This document shows positions 45,755 through 56,112 of a stretch of DNA of 64,000 bases, one piece after another; the first letter of the stretch is position 1, and every line of letters starts with the position of its first letter. The stretch is from Picochlorum sp. SENEW3 (taxonomy: Eukaryota): the NCBI GenBank assembly GCA_034226945.1, contig CP120457.1, positions 496,001 through 560,000 on the forward strand. The letters are read 5' to 3'. Made by a program: the position numbers and the translations under genes. The notes beneath the pieces were generated by a model. The model was not told where the DNA came from. It made no database searches and worked only from the letters and a program-made list of their open reading frames with translations.

Positions 45755-45861
45755 TGGTCAACGGCATCCTCGTCAGCCTCGTACACAATGGTCAACGGCA
45801 TCTTCGTCAGCTTTGACTTTTTCCTTTCCTTTTTTTGAGAAAGTTGAGAGAGGTCAACGGC
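45755..45861. repeat. 23-bp direct repeat (2 copies plus a 10-bp third copy) in the protease promoter
   Basis: TGGTCAACGGCATCYTCGTCAGC at 45755-45777 and 45789-45811; GGTCAACGGC at 45852-45861. Confidence 0.9.
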
Positions 45862-46480
45862 GTTTGATCTGCCAATGACAAGGTATCCGCATTCAAAATT
45901 CACAGATATGTAATATCACGGCGAATTAATTCATTAAACATGACCGTCGTGGGTCAATCGACCAATCGCAATGTCCTTGCTCTGCTTGCACATCTTGGCA
46001 AGAGAGACTGAAAAAAATCATTGCCACAGTCCATCCAGAAGGGAGTCATCTTGTAATCTGACAGCACAGATACGTTGCAACAAATAATACATTCCATCAC
46101 TACACTGATATTATGTAGAAAATATAAACACTGTGATTGATCTCACAGATCTGTCTCCACTGTATGTGCCCAAACACATTGCCAGCCCCACATGGGTGCC
46201 CATCGAAAGCACTCTCCCAAGCTATACATGGCATATAAAATGCCTTCAATAGGACAAGCAAGCTTTTGTTCCCTATGCTATGAAGTAGCTCCTCATAGCG
46301 ATATCTGTATCAGAAGAATTGCAGTCCAATGCAATGGAAATAATCCCCAAAAAGATGAAAAAAAAAAAGAGTAAAAGTTCGGTACATCATCATGTGGCTC
46401 TGATGACTCTTTCAAATCCCTCATCCACCTCAGAAATTTTAATATCTCATCGATACATACTCATAATGGTTCTGTAATGT

Positions 46481-47611
46481 ATGGGTTTCCTGTCGACGAG
46501 AGGATTTTGTGACATGATACGCCAATCTTGCTGTATTCGCGTATTCAAGGAATTCTCGGCACATCAAAGTAAACATTTGCGATATATAGATACCACAAGG
46601 TCGTTACAAGGTACTATAGCACCGGTAAAGCATAGGAAGGGAATTGGACATTGTTGTTCCATGCAACGAGAGAATACGCACGTCTCAGCGACGGATGTCG
46701 CTGCTATGATACCTTCTCTCACTCCAGATAAATACAAGGGCCAGTCTGGTAAAATCGCTGTTGTGGGAGGGTGTCAAGAGTACACTGGAGCTCCATTCTT
46801 TGCTGCATTTTCAGCTTTGAAACTTGGTGCTGACTTGTCACATGTCTTTTGTGCGCAAGGGGCGGCATCTGTGATCAAAGGATACTCTCCCGAGTTGATT
46901 GTTCATCCTTATTTGAATGAACGTTCAGATATTGATGATTCGCGTTCTTCGGAAGAGATCAAGGCGCAAATTCTTGAGAAAGTTGGGGCCTGGGCCTCCA
47001 AGTTTGGGTGTATTGTGGTTGGACCTGGTTTGGGACGGGATGAATTCATCATGGCGTGTGTCAAAGAAATGATGCTACTATTTCGTTCATTAGACGTCCC
47101 TCTCGTGATTGATGCGGATGGGTTATGGATTGTAAACCAGGATCCATCCATTGTCAAGGGGTGCACAAGAGTTGTGTTGACTCCCAATGTTGTTGAATTT
47201 CAACGATTGGCCAACGCATTAGGCTTGGATAGTAAGGATCCTCAGTGCGCAGAAAACATGTCTAAAGTACTTCAAGGGCCAATCATAGTTCGGAAAGGGA
47301 GAGAGGATGTCATTATAGGTTCAAATGCAGACATGGTGGGTATCTGTCAGGAGGAAGGGTCACCACGCAGGGCTGGTGGGCAGGGTGACGTCCTTGCCGG
47401 GTCAATCGCAACTTTTATCGCATGGAACACGTCAACAGAGAATCGCGATATCAATATATCGAAAATTCTGTTCGATGCGTGTGGGTCCGCATGCTTTATT
47501 GTCCGTAGAGCAGCATGCAGAGCCTTTGCACATCGGGGCAGAGCCATGGGGGCAACAGATCTGATGCATCAGCTCGGCCCTCTTGCTGACGATTTGAAGA
47601 AAGAGTGTTGA
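46481..47611 (+). CDS. NAXD: ATP-dependent NAD(P)HX dehydratase (YjeF C-terminal/CARKD)
   Basis: KGQSGKIAVVGGCQEYTGAPFFAA, YSPELIVHP, GPGLGR, VIDADGL, LTPNVVEF, GGQGDVLAG. Confidence 0.95.
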   Translation: MGFLSTRGFCDMIRQSCCIRVFKEFSAHQSKHLRYIDTTRSLQGTIAPVKHRKGIGHCCSMQRENTHVSATDVAAMIPSLTPDKYKGQSGKIAVVGGCQEYTGAPFFAAFSALKLGADLSHVFCAQGAASVIKGYSPELIVHPYLNERSDIDDSRSSEEIKAQILEKVGAWASKFGCIVVGPGLGRDEFIMACVKEMMLLFRSLDVPLVIDADGLWIVNQDPSIVKGCTRVVLTPNVVEFQRLANALGLDSKDPQCAENMSKVLQGPIIVRKGREDVIIGSNADMVGICQEEGSPRRAGGQGDVLAGSIATFIAWNTSTENRDINISKILFDACGSACFIVRRAACRAFAHRGRAMGATDLMHQLGPLADDLKKEC

Positions 47612-47700
47612 ATTACACCAATTCATCCATATTTATTAATACTACTGTACTATAATAATTATAATACTACTAGTCCGTGTTCATTCTCCTACCCTGTATT

Positions 47701-47750
47701 CATTCATTTATGCATTGATTGATTGATTGATTGATTCATTCATTCATTCA
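47701..47750. repeat. (ATTG)n followed by (ATTC)n microsatellite between convergent genes
   Basis: attgattgattgattgattgattcattcattcattca read directly from the sequence. Confidence 0.85.
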
Positions 47751-48796
47751 TGTAGAATGCGCTTCTTGAGCTCTGCTCTCCGTTTCAACCCAGCTAGCTG
47801 ATGAGACACCCCGCTACCGGTGGACGATGTGCCAGTCGCACCATCTTCATAGGCGTCTTCTTGTGCCTTTGCTTCTTCCCCTTCTTTTTCAAAAGGACGA
47901 GCCCGAGCCGTAGCATACTGCTGCTTCCCATCACTCTGGCTTGCAGACATTGTAGGAGAAAAGATTCGTTGAAAACTCTGTATCTGCGATGATGATTTCC
48001 CAGCCATACGATGCAAGGCTTCATGATGATGTCTCTTCCCTTCCGAATACGCATGCGATATCTGAGAAAACAGTCCATCCTCTCCACCATGCCATGATGC
48101 CATCTTCTTTTTCCTCTCCTCCTCCTCTCTCCTCTTCCGCACCGCTGCTCTCTGCTTCAACTGACTCATCTGCTCCTTCCACGCACCAGCAGGAGGAGGA
48201 GGTCGACTCCGCCCATACCCTCCACCCTGCATATGCTTCTTCCGGCGATGATAGTTGAAACTCCAAAAGAAATCATGGAAATTCCACCCATTCTGACCCT
48301 CCTTACTCCCCATCACATGCCCATGCCTCCTCCCCATCAGCATCTCATACGCCTCTTGAATCTTCATAAACCTCTTTTCCACTACCGTCTTCTTCGAGGA
48401 AGAATTCTCCTCCTGTGGCACGTGATGCCGATCAGGATGATGCTCCAACACCAAACGTCTGTGAGCCTTTTTAATCTCCTTTTCACTCGCTGCCGGACTC
48501 ACCCCAAGAACATCCCAAGGATCCATACTGCTGCCATTATTAAATCGGTCTATACGCGAGGCTGTATCATCCTGGCCTGATGACGATGCACAGGCCACAC
48601 ATGGTCCTCGCGCCTGCTGGTTCACCCATGTGGGTAGACTTTCCGACCTCCATCCCTCCATCCCGTAACCATAATTTCTATTCATTGAACTGAAATATAA
48701 TCTATTCTGCAGCCCCATATCCTGTCTTCTTCCCTGTGTGTGATTTGAGACGTGTCGTAGAGTACCCTGAGGGGTACTACGAACCTGAACAACCAT
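47744..48796 (-). CDS. J-domain (DnaJ type III) protein, probably plastid-targeted
   Basis: DPWDVLGVSPAASEKEIKKAHRRLVLEHHPD...FMKIQEAYEML. Confidence 0.88.
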   Translation of the reverse strand: MVVQVRSTPQGTLRHVSNHTQGRRQDMGLQNRLYFSSMNRNYGYGMEGWRSESLPTWVNQQARGPCVACASSSGQDDTASRIDRFNNGSSMDPWDVLGVSPAASEKEIKKAHRRLVLEHHPDRHHVPQEENSSSKKTVVEKRFMKIQEAYEMLMGRRHGHVMGSKEGQNGWNFHDFFWSFNYHRRKKHMQGGGYGRSRPPPPAGAWKEQMSQLKQRAAVRKRREEEERKKKMASWHGGEDGLFSQISHAYSEGKRHHHEALHRMAGKSSSQIQSFQRIFSPTMSASQSDGKQQYATARARPFEKEGEEAKAQEDAYEDGATGTSSTGSGVSHQLAGLKRRAELKKRILHE

Positions 48797-49110
48797 CGTA
48801 TTCTTCTGGAATTATTATTCCTGTAGATGAAACTATTCTTTATTTACATTACATGAATGTTTGTATGGCGAGGGATGTGTGAACAAGACAATGAAAAATA
48901 CATCTCATGTATTCAAGATGATGATCGGGGAGTCCTTAATATGACTATTTAAAAAACAAACGTGTCTTTGATTGATTCTTGTTTTCTTCCTTCCTAGGTA
49001 TTATTTTCGTATGCATATAAGATACTGATCTGTATAGATTGAAATATGTAATCTATATATCTAGATGATAGAACAATAATAGACTCGCAGCCGAAGCATC
49101 ATCTCGACGT

Positions 49111-50107
49111 ATGGATGCTGGACAGGACCACAACAATAATAACAAGAGGGAGAATTATTCTTCTCTTGACAGGGAGAATTCCCAAGAGTCGCTCCGTCCT
49201 GCTGAAGAGAAATTTACTGCAGGAAGGGAGAAGCAGAAGCAGACACTGGAGGGGAATGCAACGATAAGAAGAACCGATTCGAGCATGGATGTGAGACGCA
49301 TGAGTGCCCAAGAGGCTGTGGAGAGAATTCTCCAAGCATACAAGGACAAGGATTATTTTAGGTACGCATCATAGTATATGATGTTATCACCGCATACCTA
49401 TATATATATATATATATATAAGTATATAATAAAACATGAAATGCAGAATGTTGGGGCTGGAGTACCCAGATGTGGATGCCCTGGGAAGGCCTGTGTGGCA
49501 TGTGACACCGAGTGAGGTGTCGCGAGCATACAGAAGGCTGTCTATACTTGTTCATCCGGATAGGAATCCGGGGGAGGATGCGAGAGAGGCTTTTGAAGCA
49601 CTGAATGAATCGCATAAGAAATTGAAGGACCCTGAGCAGATTGATACGATACTGAAAGATAATGTGGGAAGAGCTCTGCAGAAGAGAGACAATGCCTTGG
49701 CCAGTGGGACGCTGCAGGAGAGGGTGGAGCGAATGTCCAAGCAGCAGGAAGAGGAGCAAAAGCTTCGTCAAGAAGAATATGTGTCTTTGAATGACGAGAT
49801 ATTGGAGCAGATGAGGGAGCGACAGGCGCGGCATGCACTGAAAAAGAGGCGTGCAGAGGAGCGGCAGCAGCATAGGTACAGAGAGAGTCATCATCATCAT
49901 CATCATCATGATGAAGACACCAAGAACATGACGGAAGAGAGCGTAGAACAGATGAATACCAATAATAATGTCTCTGAAGAAAAAGTAGTCGAAGAAGAAG
50001 AAGAAGAAGCCAGAAGGCGACGACGGAAGACCATGGCTCGGCGACAGAAGAAGAAGGAACAGGAACAAAAACAAGAGATGACTCGAGATGACTTGCACAA
50101 GGGGTAG
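49111..50107 (+). CDS. J-domain protein (DNAJC8-like); exons 49111-49361 and 49447-50107
   Basis: DYFR|MLGL...SRAYRRLSILVHPDRNPG..AREAFEALNE. The intron contains a (TA)n tract. Confidence 0.85.
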
Positions 50108-50206
50108 ATCCAACCCAGAATCATTGGTATCCCCAATATGATAACTAAAAATACTTTATGTAATTGAACGAATGATATAGAATCTGTATAGACGAGAGTG
50201 AGAAGC

Positions 50207-50944
50207 ATGATCGCCACAGAGACGACCCATCGGATCATCGCCAACGTGTTTGGCGCCACTGGGGCTGTAGGCAAAGCTGTAGTACACCATCTGCTTCATA
50301 ATTCATATGAGAATGTGGATATTACTGTTCGAACCATTGGTCGACGTCCCCTTGACAAGGAAGACCTGAAACCGTTTGAAGAGTCAGGCAAGCTGGAACA
50401 GATTGTCATCGACATGGATGGCATGGAACAGGATACGACTCTGCTCAACAGGATGACGAACGATGCAGATACCATGACGTTTTGTTGTCTTGGAACGACT
50501 CGATCTGCTGCGGGATCTGCTGATCAATTTCGTCGAGTGGATCTGACATATGTAGAGTCTGCAGCAAAGGTGGCAAAGCAGTGTGGGTCTCGGGTATTTG
50601 GATTAGTGTCTGCACAAGGAGCTCGGGCATCGATCATGTCTTCAGATATGAAACTCTTTCATGGGTTATTGTATATGAAGACAAAAGGAATGGCAGAAGA
50701 GCGAGTGAGGGATCAAGGGTTTGAGTACACCCTCATCATGAGGCCTGGTTTGATTGATCGAAAGGAGGATGCCCGTGGGGGTGAAAAGTTTGCGAAACGA
50801 ATCATGTCACATGTGTCTACAGATGCGATTGCTTCTGTGATGGTTCGAAAGGCAATTGATGCCATCACAGAGAGTACACGTGGTGTAGAGGTACTCGAGA
50901 TGAAGGATATTCTTACAGCAGCTCATACATGTAGCAAGGCTTGA
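50207..50944 (+). CDS. TIP30/HTATIP2/Fmp52-like NAD(P)-binding oxidoreductase
   Basis: GATGAVG, FCCLGTTR, FRRVD, VSAQGA, YMKTKG, RPGLI. Confidence 0.88.
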   Translation: MIATETTHRIIANVFGATGAVGKAVVHHLLHNSYENVDITVRTIGRRPLDKEDLKPFEESGKLEQIVIDMDGMEQDTTLLNRMTNDADTMTFCCLGTTRSAAGSADQFRRVDLTYVESAAKVAKQCGSRVFGLVSAQGARASIMSSDMKLFHGLLYMKTKGMAEERVRDQGFEYTLIMRPGLIDRKEDARGGEKFAKRIMSHVSTDAIASVMVRKAIDAITESTRGVEVLEMKDILTAAHTCSKA

Positions 50945-50949
50945 CATCC

Positions 50950-51500
50950 TCACGCAATCGATGATGTTGCGACCACCATGTATGGACGAATATCATACTT
51001 TGGAACTAATCCATGTTGAACGTATGGATCCTGCTTGACAAACTCTTCCACATCCTCTTTGGACATGTTTTTGAAAATGAAGACTGCCCCATCCACTGGG
51101 TCTGCCAGGGCCCCTGCCATGACAAGCTTGTTCTCATCAGCCATGGTCTTTGCTCCCTGAAGATGTCCCTCTCTATATGGACCTCGTTTCTCTAGAATGT
51201 CTGGAACATACGTGTACTGTAATAACAGGTATGAGGGAGGGTCTCCTCCTGCTGCTGCTGCTGTTGCCTGTGAAACACACATGTCACGTGAGGGCTATAG
51301 AAACAGATCAGTATGGGATGTGATGCACGTACCATGAGTCTATTGCGATGGGTACCAAAGCGAAAGCACGGCAAGACGACGGATTGTGTGTTGCTCGGTT
51401 GTAGAAAGCACGAAGAAGAAAGGGACGTGTGTCGTGCTGCTTGTTTGCTAATCAAGGGTACAAGTCGTGTCAGATGGATTGAATTCATCCTATAATGCAT
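50950..51500 (-). CDS. YciI/YCII-related protein with an organellar presequence; intron 51332-51268
   Basis: YVPDILEKRGPYREGHL...MAGAL...GAVFIF...FVKQDPYV. Confidence 0.85.
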
Positions 51501-51836
51501 CAATTGGATGGATATTTGATTTTAATACCTCGATACCATGGGAGTTGTTCGGATCTCAAGAGTGCTTGGGTGGGTCCCGGTGTCCGTGATTCGTACAATA
51601 AAAAAAGAAAGTATCTACACGTCTCCCTCATAGATGACACTCTGCGCCAGTGATCGATGGCGATAAAGGGAAATTAATATTAAAAAAAGTATGACGTGTT
51701 GCGATTCTTAACAGAGCCTGAGAGTGCAATAGAATTGAAATGAAACATGTGAATTCTGCCAAACTCTGAGAAGAATAGGAAAGAGCGCTGCTGGATATAC
51801 ATACATATTTCAGTAGATCGGTAGATACTATGCATC

Positions 51837-52625
51837 ATGGATGCGGTATTTGAGCATGATGAATTGTCGAAAGAATATCTGGAAGCGCCTTGGGGGGAGT
51901 GGGGAAGATCACTGACACTGGGTCTTGTGTCAGTGGTGGGGAAATTTGTGCTTCATGTGATGAATCGGTCCGAGTTTGATAGAGTAGATGTGTTGAAGGA
52001 TGCGGTGATGGAGCGAGAGAGGGATTTGGGGCTGATTACTGTGTCAAATCACACAAGTACATTGGATGATCCCATGCTGTTCTCTGCCATGTTTCCACTC
52101 TCATTTTTCTTCTCAGAGCATTATCATAGGCGTGTTCGGTGGTCTATCTGCGCGAGGGAAGTCTGTTATTCAAATACACTGTTTGGTCAGTTTTTTAAGA
52201 GTGGGAAAACGCTGCCGATAGAGAGGGGTGCTGGGCTGCATCAGCCTGTCATGCAGGTGGTTGCCAAGAGCGTGTCTCGTGGTGATTGGGTTCATGTGTT
52301 TCCAGAGGGGAAAGTGCATTATAATGAGAGATTGGGTCCGCTGAAATGGGGGGTGGGGAAGCTATTTTGTGACTCGTTTTTGTTGTCTGGTAGGATGCCC
52401 ATGGTGGTGCCTTTCTATCATGTTGGGATGAGCAAGGTGCTGCCAAAAGGGTCTGTTGTTCCGCGGGTGGGTCGTCATGTGAAAGTTCGGGTTGGGGATC
52501 CTATTGATCTATCAGATGTGGTGGATTTGTGCAAGAGTTCGACGAGAGAGGGCCAAGAGTGCGCATGGAAGGAAATCACACATCGGATAGGCTCGTCCCT
52601 CCAGGATTTGGAGAATTCATATTAG
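51837..52625 (+). CDS. TAZ: Tafazzin-like phospholipid acyltransferase
   Basis: LITVSNHTSTLDDP, RWSICA, PIERGAG, WVHVFPEG, LKWGVG. Confidence 0.9.
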   Translation: MDAVFEHDELSKEYLEAPWGEWGRSLTLGLVSVVGKFVLHVMNRSEFDRVDVLKDAVMERERDLGLITVSNHTSTLDDPMLFSAMFPLSFFFSEHYHRRVRWSICAREVCYSNTLFGQFFKSGKTLPIERGAGLHQPVMQVVAKSVSRGDWVHVFPEGKVHYNERLGPLKWGVGKLFCDSFLLSGRMPMVVPFYHVGMSKVLPKGSVVPRVGRHVKVRVGDPIDLSDVVDLCKSSTREGQECAWKEITHRIGSSLQDLENSY

Positions 52626-53424
52626 TCAGGTTTTGATACTCACATGTATGTATTATTATTCTTTCTTTTGGTATTGTTATTGTTGTAATAGTAGAGGTAC
52701 CATGATATGTCTTGAGAGGAGGAGAAGAGGAGTGCGCAAGAAGATTGGAAGGGGACCACCAAGGAGGTGGTTGCTGAGATTTGGCGGCCTGTGTGGGGGT
52801 GGAAAGAGAGATTTTCCAAAGATACTATTCGGTAAATGATTTCGCGATCCACAGCTCTACATCAAGAAATTGTACGATCAGTAAATGGCACCATATTGTT
52901 TCATTTGCACATATGATGATGTTCTCATCCACGATGAACCTTTTTCCTAGACTCTTGGAGGAAATCGTATCCAAGATTTTATACCTTGTGACGAATAATC
53001 GTGAAGCCACCAAATACCACAAAATCTGAAAGCGCGCCTATACTGAGGACAGCGCCAGCCCATCATTTAGGCGCGCTTTGTAATTCGTGGGTTTTAATGA
53101 GAGTTGGATAGGCGCCCCGGAGCAGGGTGATAATGACAGCCTGAGATGTATCTGGGCTGGTTAATCAAAAATAAATTGTTCATGTATCTTATGGACGCAA
53201 TATTTATCATTATATAACAAACACGTCATATGAAAGGGCGCAAGGATACAGAAATCACCGGCATGAGCAATAACGAGTTCGGTATGCGGAACGTCAGACA
53301 TGGTCACCGTCCAAGCTCGACTGCTCTTTTATAGATAGGATCTTCTGCCTATTTGAAGGGTAGTTTTTACTTACATATACGCAATTTGTTCACTTAGAGG
53401 ACGGAAAGAGCTACTGAGCGTGAC

Positions 53425-55721
53425 ATGGCTCCCCAGCAGGCAGGCGGTCAGGTTGCGGAGGAGAGCCCACATGGCTCCAAGGTATGAATTGGTATTGTAT
53501 GTGACGTTTCACCGTGTTGCTTTATTCCAACATATTTTTATGTTTCCGTATGCAGCCTAGGCGAAAGCAATATACTATGACAAAGCCCAGAGAACGCTGG
53601 ACGGAGAAGGAACATGATCTTTTTTTAGAGGCACTGCGAATTCATGGGAGGCAATGGAGAAAGATAGAGGCATATATTCAGACAAAATCATCGGTCCAGA
53701 TCCGGTCACATGCGCAAAAGTTTTTCAACAAGGTTGAAAAGCAAAAGGAATTGCTGAAAGCTGGTTTGCCATTGATGCAGTCCCAGTTCAAGATACCTTT
53801 GGATATTGACGTCCCGCCTCCAAGACCAAGGAAAACCATCGATCCGCCTACTCAGCCAGAGACAAACCATAAAAAAGATGCGATCAATGGTGATGGGTCA
53901 TTACGTCTCATGGCAGAATACGCTGTGGCCATGAAGAATGGAGGAATCTCTCAGGATGTGACTGTTGCTGCAGTTGCTGCTGCTGCCGCTGCTGCTGCCG
54001 CAGCCGCAGCTGCTGCTGTGGTCAGTGCTGCGGGGAAAGAAATAGAAGAAAAGTTTCAGTCTGATCCTCCTGCGGTGTTTCCATTCTTTGGAGCGAGTCC
54101 CTCTATGCTGCGAGCATTGAACAACCCAGCACAAATCCATGCAGCAATGCAAGCATCTCTGGCAAACCACAATCTGTCCGTGCCAACAGGAAACAGTCAA
54201 AAGCCGGGAAAAACCCAATATGATACATCTACTCAATTACAAACAAGTGCACGCAAGTCTAAGAATAGAGTGAAGGAGAGGACAGAAAGAACAGGGACAT
54301 CAGAGCCTGGAGTCATGCAGACCAATATTCAGTTTCATGGAGAGGACGGAGAGGGAAGCGCGTGTTCACGAGAAGATGCACCGTCAAAACTTGGTCTGTC
54401 TGATGAAGATGATGCAAACCTTGTGCTTCCTGCCAAAGATGGAGGCAAAAATCAGAACAGCAGTGGTAACAGCAGCCTTGCGAGGTTACTGCATCCTCCA
54501 ATTGGTTCAATGGGACAGGGTGCCCAGCAAACAAGTGGTGCTGCTTTCATAGCTCCTTCTGCTGGCTGGACATCGCAGTATAGTGATCCAAATGTATCCG
54601 CATTGTGGCATCAATATTATAATCCAGGTGATGCTGTCACTGCACAGCAACCTCCCCCTTCCTCTGTTCAAAATAATGGCAAGAGGAGAGGTGCTACTCA
54701 GAATACACGCAAGGATGGAGAGACAATAATTCGCGCGAATGGAGGGGAACGAGGCAGCAAGACATCTAATTTGAAACAAGTAGTCCCAGAGGGTTCGGGC
54801 AGCAATCCCACAGGAAATGGAAGCTCAGGAAACGACAGTGTTCATCCAACCACGCAAAATCGTACTACTAATGGCATAGAGGGCTTGGGTACCAATGGCA
54901 ATGGTAGTTCTGGTAATGAAGAGCATCATGCAGAAGGCAAACAGAAGAATGGAGCCCTTGGACGTCAAAGGGCTCCTGCACTCAAGTCTGTCAGAATAGA
55001 TGGCTCTTCAGATGGAAATGGAAGCGATGAAGGAGTTCAAAATGGATCTGGTGATGGCAGTAATCAAGGAGCCAAAAATGGTTCGGGAGGAGGAAGCAAC
55101 GAGGGAGAGAAAAATGGGTCTGGCGACGGCAGCAACGATGCCAACGGTAGCAATGAAAAAGCATCAGATGAAAAACAAGCCCAACTCCCAAGGCTTCCTG
55201 ATGCAAAACAGTTCAAACCTCCTGTACCGCAGGCTGAGAATCAAGGTGTCGATAGAGTTTCATTGCAAACAATCCACAACAGGGCAGTGAACACAGCATT
55301 CCAAGCCCTGCAATCTGCAGGGTTCAATGCCCTTTTGGCTGGTCACGTGTGGCCAGGACAAGCTGGGTACCAGATTCCTTTCGGACCTTGGCAGAACTCT
55401 CTATCAGGAGCCGGGGTAGAGTCCTTGACTGCCTATCAAGTATCTCAATTCACTAATGCACATGGAATGTCTGTCCAAGCTTGGGGTCCAATAGAAGATA
55501 AGCGGGATCTTGGCAAAGTGCACACAATGAGAAACCCTCCAGGACACAAACCAGCGCACCTAGACAGTCGGAGAGCAACTTCAAGTGGAAGACTCAACAA
55601 AGACGCTTCGACCAGTGGCGAAGGGAGGTCATCACCTTCAAAACGAAAGTCCTCTTCTCAAAAAGAGGGAACACGTGGTGGCCGCAAGAAAGCGAGACCA
55701 GTCCCAAGTGATGATCACTAG
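53425..55721 (+). CDS. CCA1: CCA1/LHY/RVE-type single-MYB circadian transcription factor; exons 53425-53481 and 53556-55721
   Basis: K|PRRKQYTMTKPRERWTEKEHDLFLEAL...QIRSHAQKFF, IDVPPPRPRK, and an Ala-rich TVAAVAAA motif. Confidence 0.9.
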
Positions 55722-56112
55722 TAGTACTATATTGCTCACAGCATCAATAATTAAGCGAGCTTCTCCTCTCCTCTTTCAGTCAGGGAGAGATTTCCTCTGT
55801 GTGTCTGTCTGTATCACCAAAGATACTATCCTGTACAGTGTGTACTGAAATTTCCCCATCAATTCTTTTTCTTTTTGTTCCATTCTTTTCTCTTTGCTGT
55901 AAATTCAGCACGATTCTTTGTATCTACCAAACTGCAGTGTCCTGGGATGCCAGGATATAGAACGTGCACGGCCAGAATGATCATGATGACCACAACATCA
56001 AAATATCTCCAGAATCATGACGAACACATCTCGCTCAGGGTGGAAAGGCTGCATTACCAGCCTCCGCTACCAATCGTGTCGCCAGTGCATTAATTTCATA
56101 TTTTTTACTAGA

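Noticed and set aside
45755..45811. CRISPR-like repeat-spacer-repeat
   Set aside because: Only two 23-bp copies with an 11-nt gap, in a eukaryotic context with no cas genes. Better explained as a promoter duplication.
52633..53029. Short ORFs between tafazzin and CCA1
   Set aside because: Non-ATG or low-complexity frames with no homology cues. Likely UTR and promoter sequence.
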